From assembly GCA_019636445.1 (NCBI GenBank), contig JAHBXO010000011.1:39997-103996 (forward strand): a DNA stretch of 64,000 nucleotides, in the 5' to 3' direction. This DNA comes from Gemmataceae bacterium (GTDB taxonomy: Bacteria > Planctomycetota > Planctomycetia > Gemmatales > Gemmataceae). How positions within the stretch are numbered: position 1 is the stretch's first letter; each line of letters begins with the position of its first letter. Shown piece after piece: positions 10,261-19,503 of the stretch. Below the pieces are notes generated by a model. That model searched no databases, was not told the DNA's origin, and was given only the letters and a program-made list of their open reading frames with translations. The translations under genes and the position numbers were made by a program.

Positions 10261-11649
10261 TCAACTCCACAGGCCCGTGATCGGGGTACCTTCGCTGATC
10301 GCGGACGGGCGGTTTGTACTATCGAGAAAGTGACCGGCGGGATCGATGCCGAGGGCGTGGTAAAGCGTCGCGGTGAGATCCAACGGCGAGACGGGCTTGT
10401 CACTCGGGTACGCGCCGATCCGGTCGGACGATCCATAGGCGGCACCCGGTACCACGCCCGCGCCGGCGAACATCACGGAATAGCAGCCGCCCCAGTGCTT
10501 CCGCCCCGGCGACGACCCGGCGAAATTCTTCTCGATCGCCACCTTCGGCGCCCGGCCGAACTCGCCGAGCGCGATGACGAGTGTCGTTTCGAGAAGCCCG
10601 CGCACGCGGAGGTCTTCCAGCAGCACGCTCATCGTGGCGTCGAAGCGCGGCAGGAGGTGCGTCTTCATCGCATCGAAGATGTCGTTGTGCGTGTCCCACC
10701 CGTACGCTTCGGTGTCGTGCGGGAGGTCGTCCTGGCCGCGGATGTTGGCGTTGAAGAAGGCGGTCACCCACGGGACGCCGGCCTCGACGAGGCGGCGGGC
10801 GAGCAGGCACGCCTGGCCAGAGCGATGCCGGCCGTAGCGGTCGCGCACCGCCCCCGGTTCGCGGGCGAGGTCGAATGCCGCCCGTGCCGGGGCCGAGCGA
10901 AGGATGCCGAACGCTTCGCCCGCCAGGCCGTCGCGGTCCGCGAGAGAGGGGTAGCGATTCGCGTCCAGCTTGCCGAGGAGCGCCGAGCGGTCCGCGAGGC
11001 GTTCCACGGAGATATCGGCATGGTGTTCGAGGCCGCCGGTGAGCAAGCGTTCGTCGGTCGGGTCGCCGACGAGGTGCGGGTCGAACCCGCGGCCGAGGAA
11101 TCCTCCGAACAGGCCGGGGGCGATCTTCTCCGGGATGAGCAGCGGGCCGTTGACATGGACGGCCGTATACGGGATGCGCGTGGCAGGTCGGACCCGCTTG
11201 ACGATGGCACCAGCGGATGGAAAATCGGTCGGCTTCGGTTCGGGGTTCGACGACTTGCGGGCGTGGAACTTGCCGGTGAGGGACGCGTAGATGGCGGAGC
11301 CGTGGTCGAGGTCGTCGTGACTCACGCTGCGGACGAGGGAGAACCGATGCGCGAGCGCGGCGAGCTTCGGCAGGTGTTCGCAGAATCGCAGTCCCGGGAT
11401 CGTCGTGGGAATGCTTCCGAACGCACCGCGGATCTCCTCCGGCGCGGCCGGCTTCGGGTCGTAGGTTTCGAACTGGCTTTGCCCGCCACTGGCGAAGACG
11501 ATCAACACCGACTTCGCCCGGCCGAAGCCGTCGGATCGCGTCGCGGCCCGCGCCGTCCCCGCCGTCAGGAGCGCCGGCAAGCCGAGGCGCAGCAACTCCC
11601 GCCGCGTGGGGGCGGCACCAAACGCACCGGGAACGGCGACGAAGGACAT
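10261..11649 (-). CDS. DUF1501 domain protein
   Basis: Twin-Arg-like TRRELL; GGQSQFETYDPKP, RRLVEAGV, GWDTH, GEFGRAP, GRKHW, DLTATLYHALGID. Confidence 0.9.
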   Translation of the reverse strand: MSFVAVPGAFGAAPTRRELLRLGLPALLTAGTARAATRSDGFGRAKSVLIVFASGGQSQFETYDPKPAAPEEIRGAFGSIPTTIPGLRFCEHLPKLAALAHRFSLVRSVSHDDLDHGSAIYASLTGKFHARKSSNPEPKPTDFPSAGAIVKRVRPATRIPYTAVHVNGPLLIPEKIAPGLFGGFLGRGFDPHLVGDPTDERLLTGGLEHHADISVERLADRSALLGKLDANRYPSLADRDGLAGEAFGILRSAPARAAFDLAREPGAVRDRYGRHRSGQACLLARRLVEAGVPWVTAFFNANIRGQDDLPHDTEAYGWDTHNDIFDAMKTHLLPRFDATMSVLLEDLRVRGLLETTLVIALGEFGRAPKVAIEKNFAGSSPGRKHWGGCYSVMFAGAGVVPGAAYGSSDRIGAYPSDKPVSPLDLTATLYHALGIDPAGHFLDSTNRPSAISEGTPITGLWS

Positions 11650-11745
11650 GCAGAAAGTTTACCCGATGCGCGGCCCATCGGGCAAGCGCCGGCGATCGAT
11701 TGAAATCGTAGGGTATCGGCGGCGTCCTGGATGCGGAGGTGCGAA

Positions 11746-12624
11746 GTGGGCGAAACGGAACCCTCGACCGATTGGGCAACCCTGACGTACGACGGGGACG
11801 TCGTCGCCGAAGCGTGGACCATGCCGGACGGGGACGCGTCGACCGTCGTGTTCCTCGTGCCCCGCGCCCGGCTCAAGCTCTCCGAAGGCCGCATGCCGGT
11901 CACCATTGACATTCTGTTGCAAGCCGCCGGCATTTCCTCCGTCGACATCGACTCGTGGCGGCTCGGCGACGATTCCCTCGCCGGACATGCCGATTCGGAT
12001 CTGACTTTCCCGTTGCCGCTTCCGACGGAGGACGACGACCAACTCACGATCCATGTCCGATTGAAGCCGCCCCCGGCCGACGGTGGCGTGGAGGACATCC
12101 CGCTGGAGAAATGGCAGGCTCTGGACCTGCTATGGAAGGCGATCTTGAGCCTGGAATCGGCGATCGACACGGCGCGGATGGGCATGGAGAGCCTGCGGAA
12201 CGAGATGGATTCGGCGTTCAAGCGGCCGCTGGCGGTAGAGGAGAAGTTGAACGCGCTGCAGGCCGACGTGGCGCAGTGGACGAAGGCGAAGAGCCGGGTG
12301 CATCATGCGCTGCCGAAAGTTCGGGAGTTCATTCATCGCGCCACGTGGTCGCAGACCGTGGCGGAGCGGAAGGCGCTCGAGGAGATCGTGAAGTCGCACG
12401 TGGAGCCGCGCGTGCCGGTCGCCGGCGTGGACCGGATCCGCGAGCGTCTGGAGCATTTGCAGAAGGACCGGCAGGTGCTGCTGGCGACGGGGAACGCGGT
12501 GCACCAGGAGTGCCGGGGCATCCTCGGCGAGATTCAGCGGGCGACGAGTTCGCTGCAGCGGAACGCGGCCGAGCGGGCGAAGCAGAAACGCAGCGCCGGC
12601 CGCGAGAAGGGGAAACACTTCTGA
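11746..12624 (+). CDS. Hypothetical protein with helical/coiled-coil C-terminal half
   Basis: Long ORF with high-GC coding bias; GGAGGT before GTG 11746; family not recognised. Confidence 0.65.
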   Translation: MGETEPSTDWATLTYDGDVVAEAWTMPDGDASTVVFLVPRARLKLSEGRMPVTIDILLQAAGISSVDIDSWRLGDDSLAGHADSDLTFPLPLPTEDDDQLTIHVRLKPPPADGGVEDIPLEKWQALDLLWKAILSLESAIDTARMGMESLRNEMDSAFKRPLAVEEKLNALQADVAQWTKAKSRVHHALPKVREFIHRATWSQTVAERKALEEIVKSHVEPRVPVAGVDRIRERLEHLQKDRQVLLATGNAVHQECRGILGEIQRATSSLQRNAAERAKQKRSAGREKGKHF

Positions 12625-12634
12625 CCGTCGGCCG

Positions 12635-13546
12635 TCACTTCAACAACCATTCCAGTAGCGCTTTCTGAGCGTGCAACCGGTTCTCGGCCTCGTCGAAGAC
12701 GACGCTCTGCGGGCCGTCGACCACCTCGTCCGTGATTTCCTCACCGCGATGCGCCGGCAGGCAGTGCAGCACCTTGCAGTGTTTCGGCGCGGCGGCGAGC
12801 AGCTTCGCGTTCACCTGGAAACCGGCGAACTTCCGCAGGCGTTCCTCGCGTTCGGCCTCCTGGCCCATGCTCGTCCAGACATCGGTGTAGATGACGTCGG
12901 CGTGGGCGACGGCGGCGAGCGGATCGTGGAGTTCCGTCAGCGCGTCCGGAGACACGCGGGCGGCGAAGTCTTTCTTGAATGGCTCGTCGAAGGCGTAGCC
13001 CTTCGGACAGGCGAGGACTGTGCGGCCTCCGAGGCGCCCCACGGCGACGGCAAGCGAACGGGCGACGTTGTTGCCGTCGCCGATGAACGCGACGGTCTTG
13101 CCGGCGACGGTGCCGAGATGCTCCTGGATCGTGAGCACGTCGGCGAGCGCCTGGCAGGGGTGCGACCAGTCCGAGAGGCCGTTGATGATGGGAACGCTGG
13201 CGTGGGCGGCGATCCCCTCGAGCGTGGAGTGCTTGAAGACTCGGAAGACCATGGCGTCGACGAAGCGGCTCATGGTGCGACTGAAGTCGGCAAGTGTTTC
13301 GCGCCAGCCAAGGCCGATCTCGTTGCCCGGCAGGAACAGGCTCGTGCCGCCGAGTTGGGCGACACCGGCTTCGAAGCTCACCCGCGTGCGCAGCGACGGC
13401 TTCTCGAAGATCAGCGCGACGACCTTGCCGGCGAGCGCATTCGTCGGAATGCCGCGCCGGCGGGCTTCCTTCAGGCGCGCGGCCTCGGCCAGCAGGTGCC
13501 GGACTTCGTCCGCGGTCAGGTCGATCAGATTCAGGAAGTGACGCAT
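12635..13546 (-). CDS. argF: Ornithine carbamoyltransferase
   Basis: FEKPSLRTRVSFE, HPCQAL, DVWTSMG, HCLPAHRG. Confidence 0.95.
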   Translation of the reverse strand: MRHFLNLIDLTADEVRHLLAEAARLKEARRRGIPTNALAGKVVALIFEKPSLRTRVSFEAGVAQLGGTSLFLPGNEIGLGWRETLADFSRTMSRFVDAMVFRVFKHSTLEGIAAHASVPIINGLSDWSHPCQALADVLTIQEHLGTVAGKTVAFIGDGNNVARSLAVAVGRLGGRTVLACPKGYAFDEPFKKDFAARVSPDALTELHDPLAAVAHADVIYTDVWTSMGQEAEREERLRKFAGFQVNAKLLAAAPKHCKVLHCLPAHRGEEITDEVVDGPQSVVFDEAENRLHAQKALLEWLLK

Positions 13547-13616
13547 GCGCGGCACCTTCAAGAGGGAAAGCCCGCGGACCGGAATCCGCGGGCTTTGGAG
13601 GATAAACGAACGCGGC

Positions 13617-14825
13617 TTAGCCTGCGCTCGCGAGCAGCACGTCCCGCAGGATCGCACAGCCGTCGTCGATTTGCTGCGCGTCGATGTTCACGGCCGGGAG
13701 CAACCGGAGCACGGTCTTGTGCGTGCAGTTGATGAGCAGTCCGCGTTTCAAGCACGCCTCGACGATCGGTCCGCCGTCGATGGAAAGTTGCGCGCCGATC
13801 ATCGCGCCCTTCACGCGGATCTCCTGGATCAACGGCGATTCGGCCTTGAGAGCGGTCAGATGCGCCCGGAAGCGCTCGCCAACCTGCATCGCGCGATCGA
13901 GGAGATTCTCCTCTTCGAACGTGGCGATGGTGGCAAGGGCCGCGGCGCAGGCGATCGGATTGCCCCCGAACGTCGCGGCGTGCGTGCCGGGCTTGAGCTT
14001 CTCGGCGACTTCCGGCTTGGCGATGACGCCGCCGAGGGCGACCCCGCCGCCGATCGCCTTCGCCAGCGTCACGACGTCCGGCACGATCTTCCAGTGCTGG
14101 TGGGCGAACCACGCCCCGGTGCGGCCCATGCCGGTCTGGACTTCGTCGAGCATGAGGAGCATGCCCTTGCGGTCGCAAAGCTCACGAAGGCCTTCAAGGA
14201 AGCCCGGCGGTGCGAGGTTCACGCCGCCTTCGCCCTGGATCGGTTCGAGGAGGATCGCGGCGGTCTCGTCGTCGACGAGTTTCGTGGTGGCGTCGAGATC
14301 GCCCCACGGAGCATAGAGGAATCCGGGGAGCATCGGTTCGCAGCCGGCGTGGTACTTCGGCTGCGCCGTCGCCGTCAGCGAGCCGTAGGTCCGGCCGTGG
14401 AAGCTATTCGTGAACGTGACGATCTTGTACTTGCCCTTCGGCTTGCCGTTGAGTCGGGCGAGTTTTATCGCCGCCTCGTTCGCTTCGGTGCCGCTGTTGC
14501 AGAAGAAGCACTGGCCGCCCCAGCCGGTCCGCGTGCTCAGCGCTTCGCCGAGCAACGCCTGCGGCTCCGTGTACCAGGTGTTCGGCACGTGAATTAGCGT
14601 CGCCACCTGATCCTGCACCGCCTTGACGACCTTCGGCGGGCAGTGGCCGAGCACACCGCACCCCCAGCCGGGGAAGAAGTCGAGGTAGCGGTTGCCTTCG
14701 GCGTCCCAGATCCACGAACCTTCGCCGCGGACGAGCGCGACCGGGTAGCGCGTGTAGTTCCCGATCACGTACTGCTTCGCGCGGGCGATGATGTCTTGCG
14801 AACTGAGGGTGGCCGTCGCGGTCAT
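13617..14825 (-). CDS. argD: Acetylornithine aminotransferase
   Basis: Class III PLP motifs NSGTEANEAA, FHGRT, EPIQGEGG, DEVQTG, LAKAIGGG; lies between argB and argF. Confidence 0.9.
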   Translation of the reverse strand: MTATATLSSQDIIARAKQYVIGNYTRYPVALVRGEGSWIWDAEGNRYLDFFPGWGCGVLGHCPPKVVKAVQDQVATLIHVPNTWYTEPQALLGEALSTRTGWGGQCFFCNSGTEANEAAIKLARLNGKPKGKYKIVTFTNSFHGRTYGSLTATAQPKYHAGCEPMLPGFLYAPWGDLDATTKLVDDETAAILLEPIQGEGGVNLAPPGFLEGLRELCDRKGMLLMLDEVQTGMGRTGAWFAHQHWKIVPDVVTLAKAIGGGVALGGVIAKPEVAEKLKPGTHAATFGGNPIACAAALATIATFEEENLLDRAMQVGERFRAHLTALKAESPLIQEIRVKGAMIGAQLSIDGGPIVEACLKRGLLINCTHKTVLRLLPAVNIDAQQIDDGCAILRDVLLASAG

Positions 14826-14847
14826 GGGTGGTTGGATTTCTCCGGTT

Positions 14848-15705
14848 TCAGGGAACGATCTCGGTGCCGGCGATCGGTTCGCCGGCGAAGTCCGCGAGCA
14901 ATCCGTGCGGGACGCGCCCGTCGAGGATCACGGCTCGTTCGGCACCGGCGGCGAGCGCCTCGAAGCAGGCTTCCACCTTCGGAATCATGCCGCCATCGAT
15001 GACGCCCGTTTCAATCAACCGCCGGGACTCCGCTACGGACAGCGAATCGATCCGCGAGTTCGCATCATTTTTGTCGCGGAGGATGCCGGGCGTGTCGGTG
15101 AGGAAAATCACCGCCTCCGTATCGAAGGCTCCCGCGACGGCGCTGGCGACCGTGTCGGCGTTCACGTTCAGCCAGCCGTTCTCATCGCGGCAGAGCGACG
15201 GGATTACCGGGGTGATCGCGTTCTCGACGAATTCGAGCAACGCGCCGTCGTTCACGGCGGTCGGCTGGCCGACGAAACCGAGATCGATCGGCGAGCCGTC
15301 CTCGCCGGCGAGAACCAGGCGCTTACCGGAGACGGGAAACGCATCCGCGTCGCGGAAACCGTTCGCGCGGCCGCCGAGTTCGTTGATCTGCCGGGCGATG
15401 TCGAGGTTCAGTTCGCCCAGCACGCGCACCACGATTTCCAGCGTCGCCGCGTCGGTGTAGCGCCGGCCCGCGACCTTCTTCGGCACGAGGCCTGCCGCCG
15501 CCATGGCGCGATCGATCGGCTTGCCGCCGCCGTGGACGAGGAGGAGTTGCACGCCGAGGGTTTGCAGGGCGACGACCGACTCAAGCGTCGCCGTTGTGGC
15601 GGCCGGATCCTCCATCGCGCTGCCGCCAAGTTTCACCACGAGCGCGCGGCCACGAAGCGCCCGCGAACGGGCCGTGGCCATCAGGAGACTTGCAATTCGA
15701 TCCAC
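14848..15705 (-). CDS. argB: Acetylglutamate kinase
   Basis: VVKLGGSAM, VHGGGK, GRRYTD, NVNAD, GGMIPKV; start uncertain (GTG 15705 or ATG 15681). Confidence 0.9.
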   Translation of the reverse strand: MDRIASLLMATARSRALRGRALVVKLGGSAMEDPAATTATLESVVALQTLGVQLLLVHGGGKPIDRAMAAAGLVPKKVAGRRYTDAATLEIVVRVLGELNLDIARQINELGGRANGFRDADAFPVSGKRLVLAGEDGSPIDLGFVGQPTAVNDGALLEFVENAITPVIPSLCRDENGWLNVNADTVASAVAGAFDTEAVIFLTDTPGILRDKNDANSRIDSLSVAESRRLIETGVIDGGMIPKVEACFEALAAGAERAVILDGRVPHGLLADFAGEPIAGTEIVP

Positions 15706-15820
15706 GTCCGGCGATCCCGAGGGGGATTTGCCAAAAGGAGAATCGTATGCGAACAACCCAAGGATCGGCAAGGACGCGCGGGGAAACTCTTTTGAGTATG
15801 AATCCAGCGCGGCGTCGAAT

Positions 15821-16789
15821 TCACTCCTTGGGCCACACCAGCCGGCCGGGCGTCGTCGTGCGGATGCTGTAGAGCGTCCCTCCGCCCGTGATGTAGAGCG
15901 TCTTGCGGTCGGCGCCGCCGAACGCACAGTTAGTCACCTCGTCCCTCGGAACCGGAAGGAATCTCACCAGCATTCCATCTGGCGAGAAGACATAGATGCC
16001 GCCTTTCACATCCGTTGCCGGTTCGGCCGGCGGGTTCGGCTTGTTCAGCCCGCCCGCGACGTAGAGCCGGCCCTCCACGTCCTGCTTCAGCCCGTCCGGC
16101 CCGCGGCCAAGTTTCCAATCGTGCAAGAGTTTCTTCGAGGCGACGTCCACGGTGCCGTCGGCCTTCAGGTCGAAGCGCCAGAGCTTGCGGGCGCCTCCCA
16201 TGTCATTGTTATTGTCCGCCACGAAGAGGTACTTGTCGTCGGCCGAGACGAGTACGCCGTTGGCTCGATCGACTTCGCGGCCAAGGATACGCGAGACTTT
16301 GCCGTCCGGGTCGATGCGGTAGACGCCTTCGATGGTGTTGCCGTTCTCGTCGCGTTGCTGCATGTCGTCGCGCGGGCCGTATCGAGGGTCTGAGAAGTAG
16401 ATGCGGTTCTTCGAATCGATGGTGATGTCGTTCGGCTGGTTGTACTTCTTGCCGCCGAAGGAGTCGGTGAGGACGGTGACTTTGCCATCGGAATTGGTGC
16501 GCGTCACGCGGCGCTTCACCGGCTCGCAGGCGAGCAGCTTGCCGTCGCGATCCCAGAGCAGGCCGTTGGTGCCGGCGTCCTTGCGGAAGATTTCGGACTT
16601 GCCGTCGGGCGTGAGGCGGTTGATGTGCCCGCGCCCGCTGGAGAAGATACCGAGCTTCGGATGCCACGCCGGCCCCTCGCCGCCGGAATCGCCTTCGGCT
16701 TCGACTTTGAGCTTGGCGTTCGGCTCGAAGACCGGTTCGGCCGCAACGGCGGGGGCGGCGAAAATCAGCATGAAGAACATAGTTCGCAT
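15821..16789 (-). CDS. SMP-30/gluconolactonase/LRE family protein
   Basis: GEGPAW, PNDITID, ANGVLVS, PDGLKQD, TNCAFGG; signal peptide. Confidence 0.9.
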   Translation of the reverse strand: MRTMFFMLIFAAPAVAAEPVFEPNAKLKVEAEGDSGGEGPAWHPKLGIFSSGRGHINRLTPDGKSEIFRKDAGTNGLLWDRDGKLLACEPVKRRVTRTNSDGKVTVLTDSFGGKKYNQPNDITIDSKNRIYFSDPRYGPRDDMQQRDENGNTIEGVYRIDPDGKVSRILGREVDRANGVLVSADDKYLFVADNNNDMGGARKLWRFDLKADGTVDVASKKLLHDWKLGRGPDGLKQDVEGRLYVAGGLNKPNPPAEPATDVKGGIYVFSPDGMLVRFLPVPRDEVTNCAFGGADRKTLYITGGGTLYSIRTTTPGRLVWPKE

Positions 16790-16819
16790 AGGAGCTCCGA
16801 GTTCCATTGACTGTCGGAT

Positions 16820-16899
16820 CTCACAACTCACTCCTCACTCCTCACGACTCACAACTCAATTCTGAGAAGAGTCATGATTTCCGAGTTGTGAGTTATGAG
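16820..16899. repeat. Intergenic heptamer tandem repeat (CTCAnnn x6) with inverted copies (TTRTGAG x2)
   Basis: ctcacaa ctcactc ctcactc ctcacga ctcacaa ctcaatt at 16820-16861; ttgtgag ttatgag at 16886-16899. Confidence 0.75.
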
Positions 16900-16919
16900 C
16901 CGAAAACGTACCGTTCGAA

Positions 16920-18245
16920 TTACCCCTTCACCGTCGGGTGGTTCTCGATCGGCATGCCGGTGATCAGCCGAGCCGCCCTATTGCGAGTCACGTAGTTGAA
17001 GAACCACTGGAACATCACAAGGGCGCGGTTTTCGAAACGGGCCAGGTACAGGATGTGGATGAACAACCAGGTTAGCCACGCGATGAAGCCGGCGTATTTC
17101 AACCGCCCAACCTCGACGACGGCGCGGCCGCGGCCGATCGTCGCCATGCTCCCCTTGTCCCAGTAACTAAACGCTGCCCGGACCGGCTTGCCGCGCACGC
17201 GCCGGTCGATCACGTCCGCCACGTAGTGCCCCTGCTGCATCGCCACCGGGGCGACGCCGGGCAGCGGCTTTCCTTCTGCGGTCTTCAAACTCATCATGTC
17301 GCCGATGACGAAACATTCCGGGAACCCCGGGATCGAGCAATCCGGGGCCACGCTCACGCGGCCGCCGCGATCCACCTCCGCCGTCGCTCCGAGCCGTTCG
17401 ACGAGTTTCCGCCCCAAGCCGGACGCCTTTACGCCGGCGGCCCAGACAATCGTCTTCGTCTCGACTCGACGGGTTTCCTTGTTCGCATCGAACGTGACCT
17501 CGACGAAATCGGGCGTGACGGCGGTCACGTGGCAATCGAGCCAGTATTCAACGCCGAGCGATTTGAGCGACTTCGCCGCCTTCGCCGAGAGCGATTCGTG
17601 GAACATTGGCAACACGCGCGTCTGGCCTTCAATCAGCAGAACGCGGCATTCGGTCGGGTCGATGGCGCGGAAATCCTTCCGCATCGTGATGTGCGCCAGC
17701 TCGGCGATGGCACCGGCCATCTCCACGCCCGTCGGACCTCCACCGACGACAGCGAACGTCATCAGTTGCTTCCGCTTCTCCGGATCCGGTTCGCGCTCGG
17801 CGGCCTCGAAAGCCGAGAGAACGTTGCGCCGGATCTCCGTCGCGTCCTCGATGGACTTCAAGCCCGGAGCGATCGGTTCCCACTCGGAGTCCTTGCCGAA
17901 GTAGTGATGCGTCGAACCGGCTGCGATCACGAGGATGTCGTACGGCGATCGGCCGCCGTCGGTGAAGATTACTTCCTTCGTGGCCGCGTCGAAGTCGGCG
18001 ACTTCGCCGAGCCAGACGCGGGCGTTCTTCTGGCGCTTGAGAATGCCACGGAGCGGCGCGGCGATGTTCGCGGGTGAAAGACCGCCGGTGGCGACCTGGT
18101 AGAGCAGCGGCTGGAAGAGGTGGAAGTTCCGGCGGTCGACGAGCGTGACATCGACGGGCGAGTTGCGGAGGCCCATCGCGCAGTAGAGGCCGCCGAAGCC
18201 GCCGCCGACGATCACGACGCGAGGACGCGGGGCATCGACGGGCAT
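16920..18245 (-). CDS. ndh: Type II NADH dehydrogenase (NAD(P)/FAD-dependent oxidoreductase)
   Basis: GGGFGG, FQPLLYQVATG, VGGGPTGVEMAG, PVAMQQG, DKGSMATIGR. Confidence 0.9.
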   Translation of the reverse strand: MPVDAPRPRVVIVGGGFGGLYCAMGLRNSPVDVTLVDRRNFHLFQPLLYQVATGGLSPANIAAPLRGILKRQKNARVWLGEVADFDAATKEVIFTDGGRSPYDILVIAAGSTHHYFGKDSEWEPIAPGLKSIEDATEIRRNVLSAFEAAEREPDPEKRKQLMTFAVVGGGPTGVEMAGAIAELAHITMRKDFRAIDPTECRVLLIEGQTRVLPMFHESLSAKAAKSLKSLGVEYWLDCHVTAVTPDFVEVTFDANKETRRVETKTIVWAAGVKASGLGRKLVERLGATAEVDRGGRVSVAPDCSIPGFPECFVIGDMMSLKTAEGKPLPGVAPVAMQQGHYVADVIDRRVRGKPVRAAFSYWDKGSMATIGRGRAVVEVGRLKYAGFIAWLTWLFIHILYLARFENRALVMFQWFFNYVTRNRAARLITGMPIENHPTVKG

Positions 18246-19495
18246 GGTTCGACCTCTCGCGGAAAGGGACGAGAGTCTATCTTATGGCCGGCGCGCGACC
18301 GGCTCAGGAACGCGAGCGCGAGCACCGCCGGCGAGACCCAGATGAATTGCTGCATCGGCGTTTCGAGATGGCCCGTGAAGGCCCGATTGAGCCACGGCGA
18401 GACGGTCGAGAAGACCGTCATGATCGCGAGGCCGCCGAACCAGAGCGGTCGGTTTCCCGGATTCCGAAGAATCGAAACCGTCGCGGCGACGACGGGCACA
18501 AGCAGCACGACGAGGTCGAACATCCATGCGCCGTAGGCCGTGAACAAGACCGAGACGAGGACGAGCTTCGGCAGTTCGTCGGTCCAGTTCCAAGTGCTAC
18601 GATTCTTGAGCCAGTAGACGACCACACCGATCGATGCGATTACGAGCGGCACGAACTGGATCGCGAAGACGTTTGGATTCACGGCCCTCCGCAGCCAGTA
18701 CGCCACGAGCGGTTGCTTCCAATCCTTCGGAGAAGTGTTGATCGATGTCGACGATTGCCAACCGGCGTTCGAATAGTGGGAGTACACTTCGGGGTTCAAC
18801 AGCCACGCCGTTCCGGCGGCGAGCAGCACGGCCAGCGCACCGCCCAGAAGCGTACGCCGGGCCGACTTCGAAACGATCGCGTCCAGCAGCAGGACGAGTC
18901 CGACGGCGAACAGGAGGTGCGGTTTGATCGCGAGCAGGGCCGCAAAGAGGCCCGCCACGAACGGCTTCGATTCGCGATACCGCAGGAAGCCGGCAAGGCC
19001 GAGCAGGAGCAACCCACCGATCTGGCCCCACCAGAAGATGAAGACGGAGGGACCAAAGCCGAGCGCAAGCAGCCACGCGACCCAGAGCCGGTCCGCAGGA
19101 CCGTCGAACGATTTCCAGAGCCAAGTGACGGACAATAGCAGGGCGACGAGTTGGACGGCCAGGAAGGTCAAATGAGCCGCACCGGAAGACAACCACCCGA
19201 GCGGCGCGACGAGCGCCACGACCCACGGCGGGTTCCACATCATCGTCACGTTCGCCAGGTCCGGCTGCCCCAACGCCGCGGCCTGCAACGGCTTCAGTTG
19301 CGCCGCATCATAGGGATTCCCGCCGGCCAGATTCACCCTCGCGGCGGACCAGTATTGCACGAAATCCTTGTTGGGCAGAGAGGTCGGATGCTCCGTCACG
19401 AACCGCGCGCACCAGACCAATCCGGCAAGCGCAGCCACGCCGCCGAGCACGACGATCCACGGGCGCGTACGAGGTGGTTCGACTTCCGGATTCAT
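18212..19495 (-). CDS. GT87/DUF2029 family membrane glycosyltransferase
   Basis: DFVQYWSAAR, GGNPYD, WNPPW, GQI, LAIKPHL; about 10 hydrophobic helices; 3' end overlaps the ndh start by 34 nt. Confidence 0.75.
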   Translation of the reverse strand: MNPEVEPPRTRPWIVVLGGVAALAGLVWCARFVTEHPTSLPNKDFVQYWSAARVNLAGGNPYDAAQLKPLQAAALGQPDLANVTMMWNPPWVVALVAPLGWLSSGAAHLTFLAVQLVALLLSVTWLWKSFDGPADRLWVAWLLALGFGPSVFIFWWGQIGGLLLLGLAGFLRYRESKPFVAGLFAALLAIKPHLLFAVGLVLLLDAIVSKSARRTLLGGALAVLLAAGTAWLLNPEVYSHYSNAGWQSSTSINTSPKDWKQPLVAYWLRRAVNPNVFAIQFVPLVIASIGVVVYWLKNRSTWNWTDELPKLVLVSVLFTAYGAWMFDLVVLLVPVVAATVSILRNPGNRPLWFGGLAIMTVFSTVSPWLNRAFTGHLETPMQQFIWVSPAVLALAFLSRSRAGHKIDSRPFPREVEPCPSMPRVLAS

Positions 19496-19503
19496 GCCGG
19501 AGT

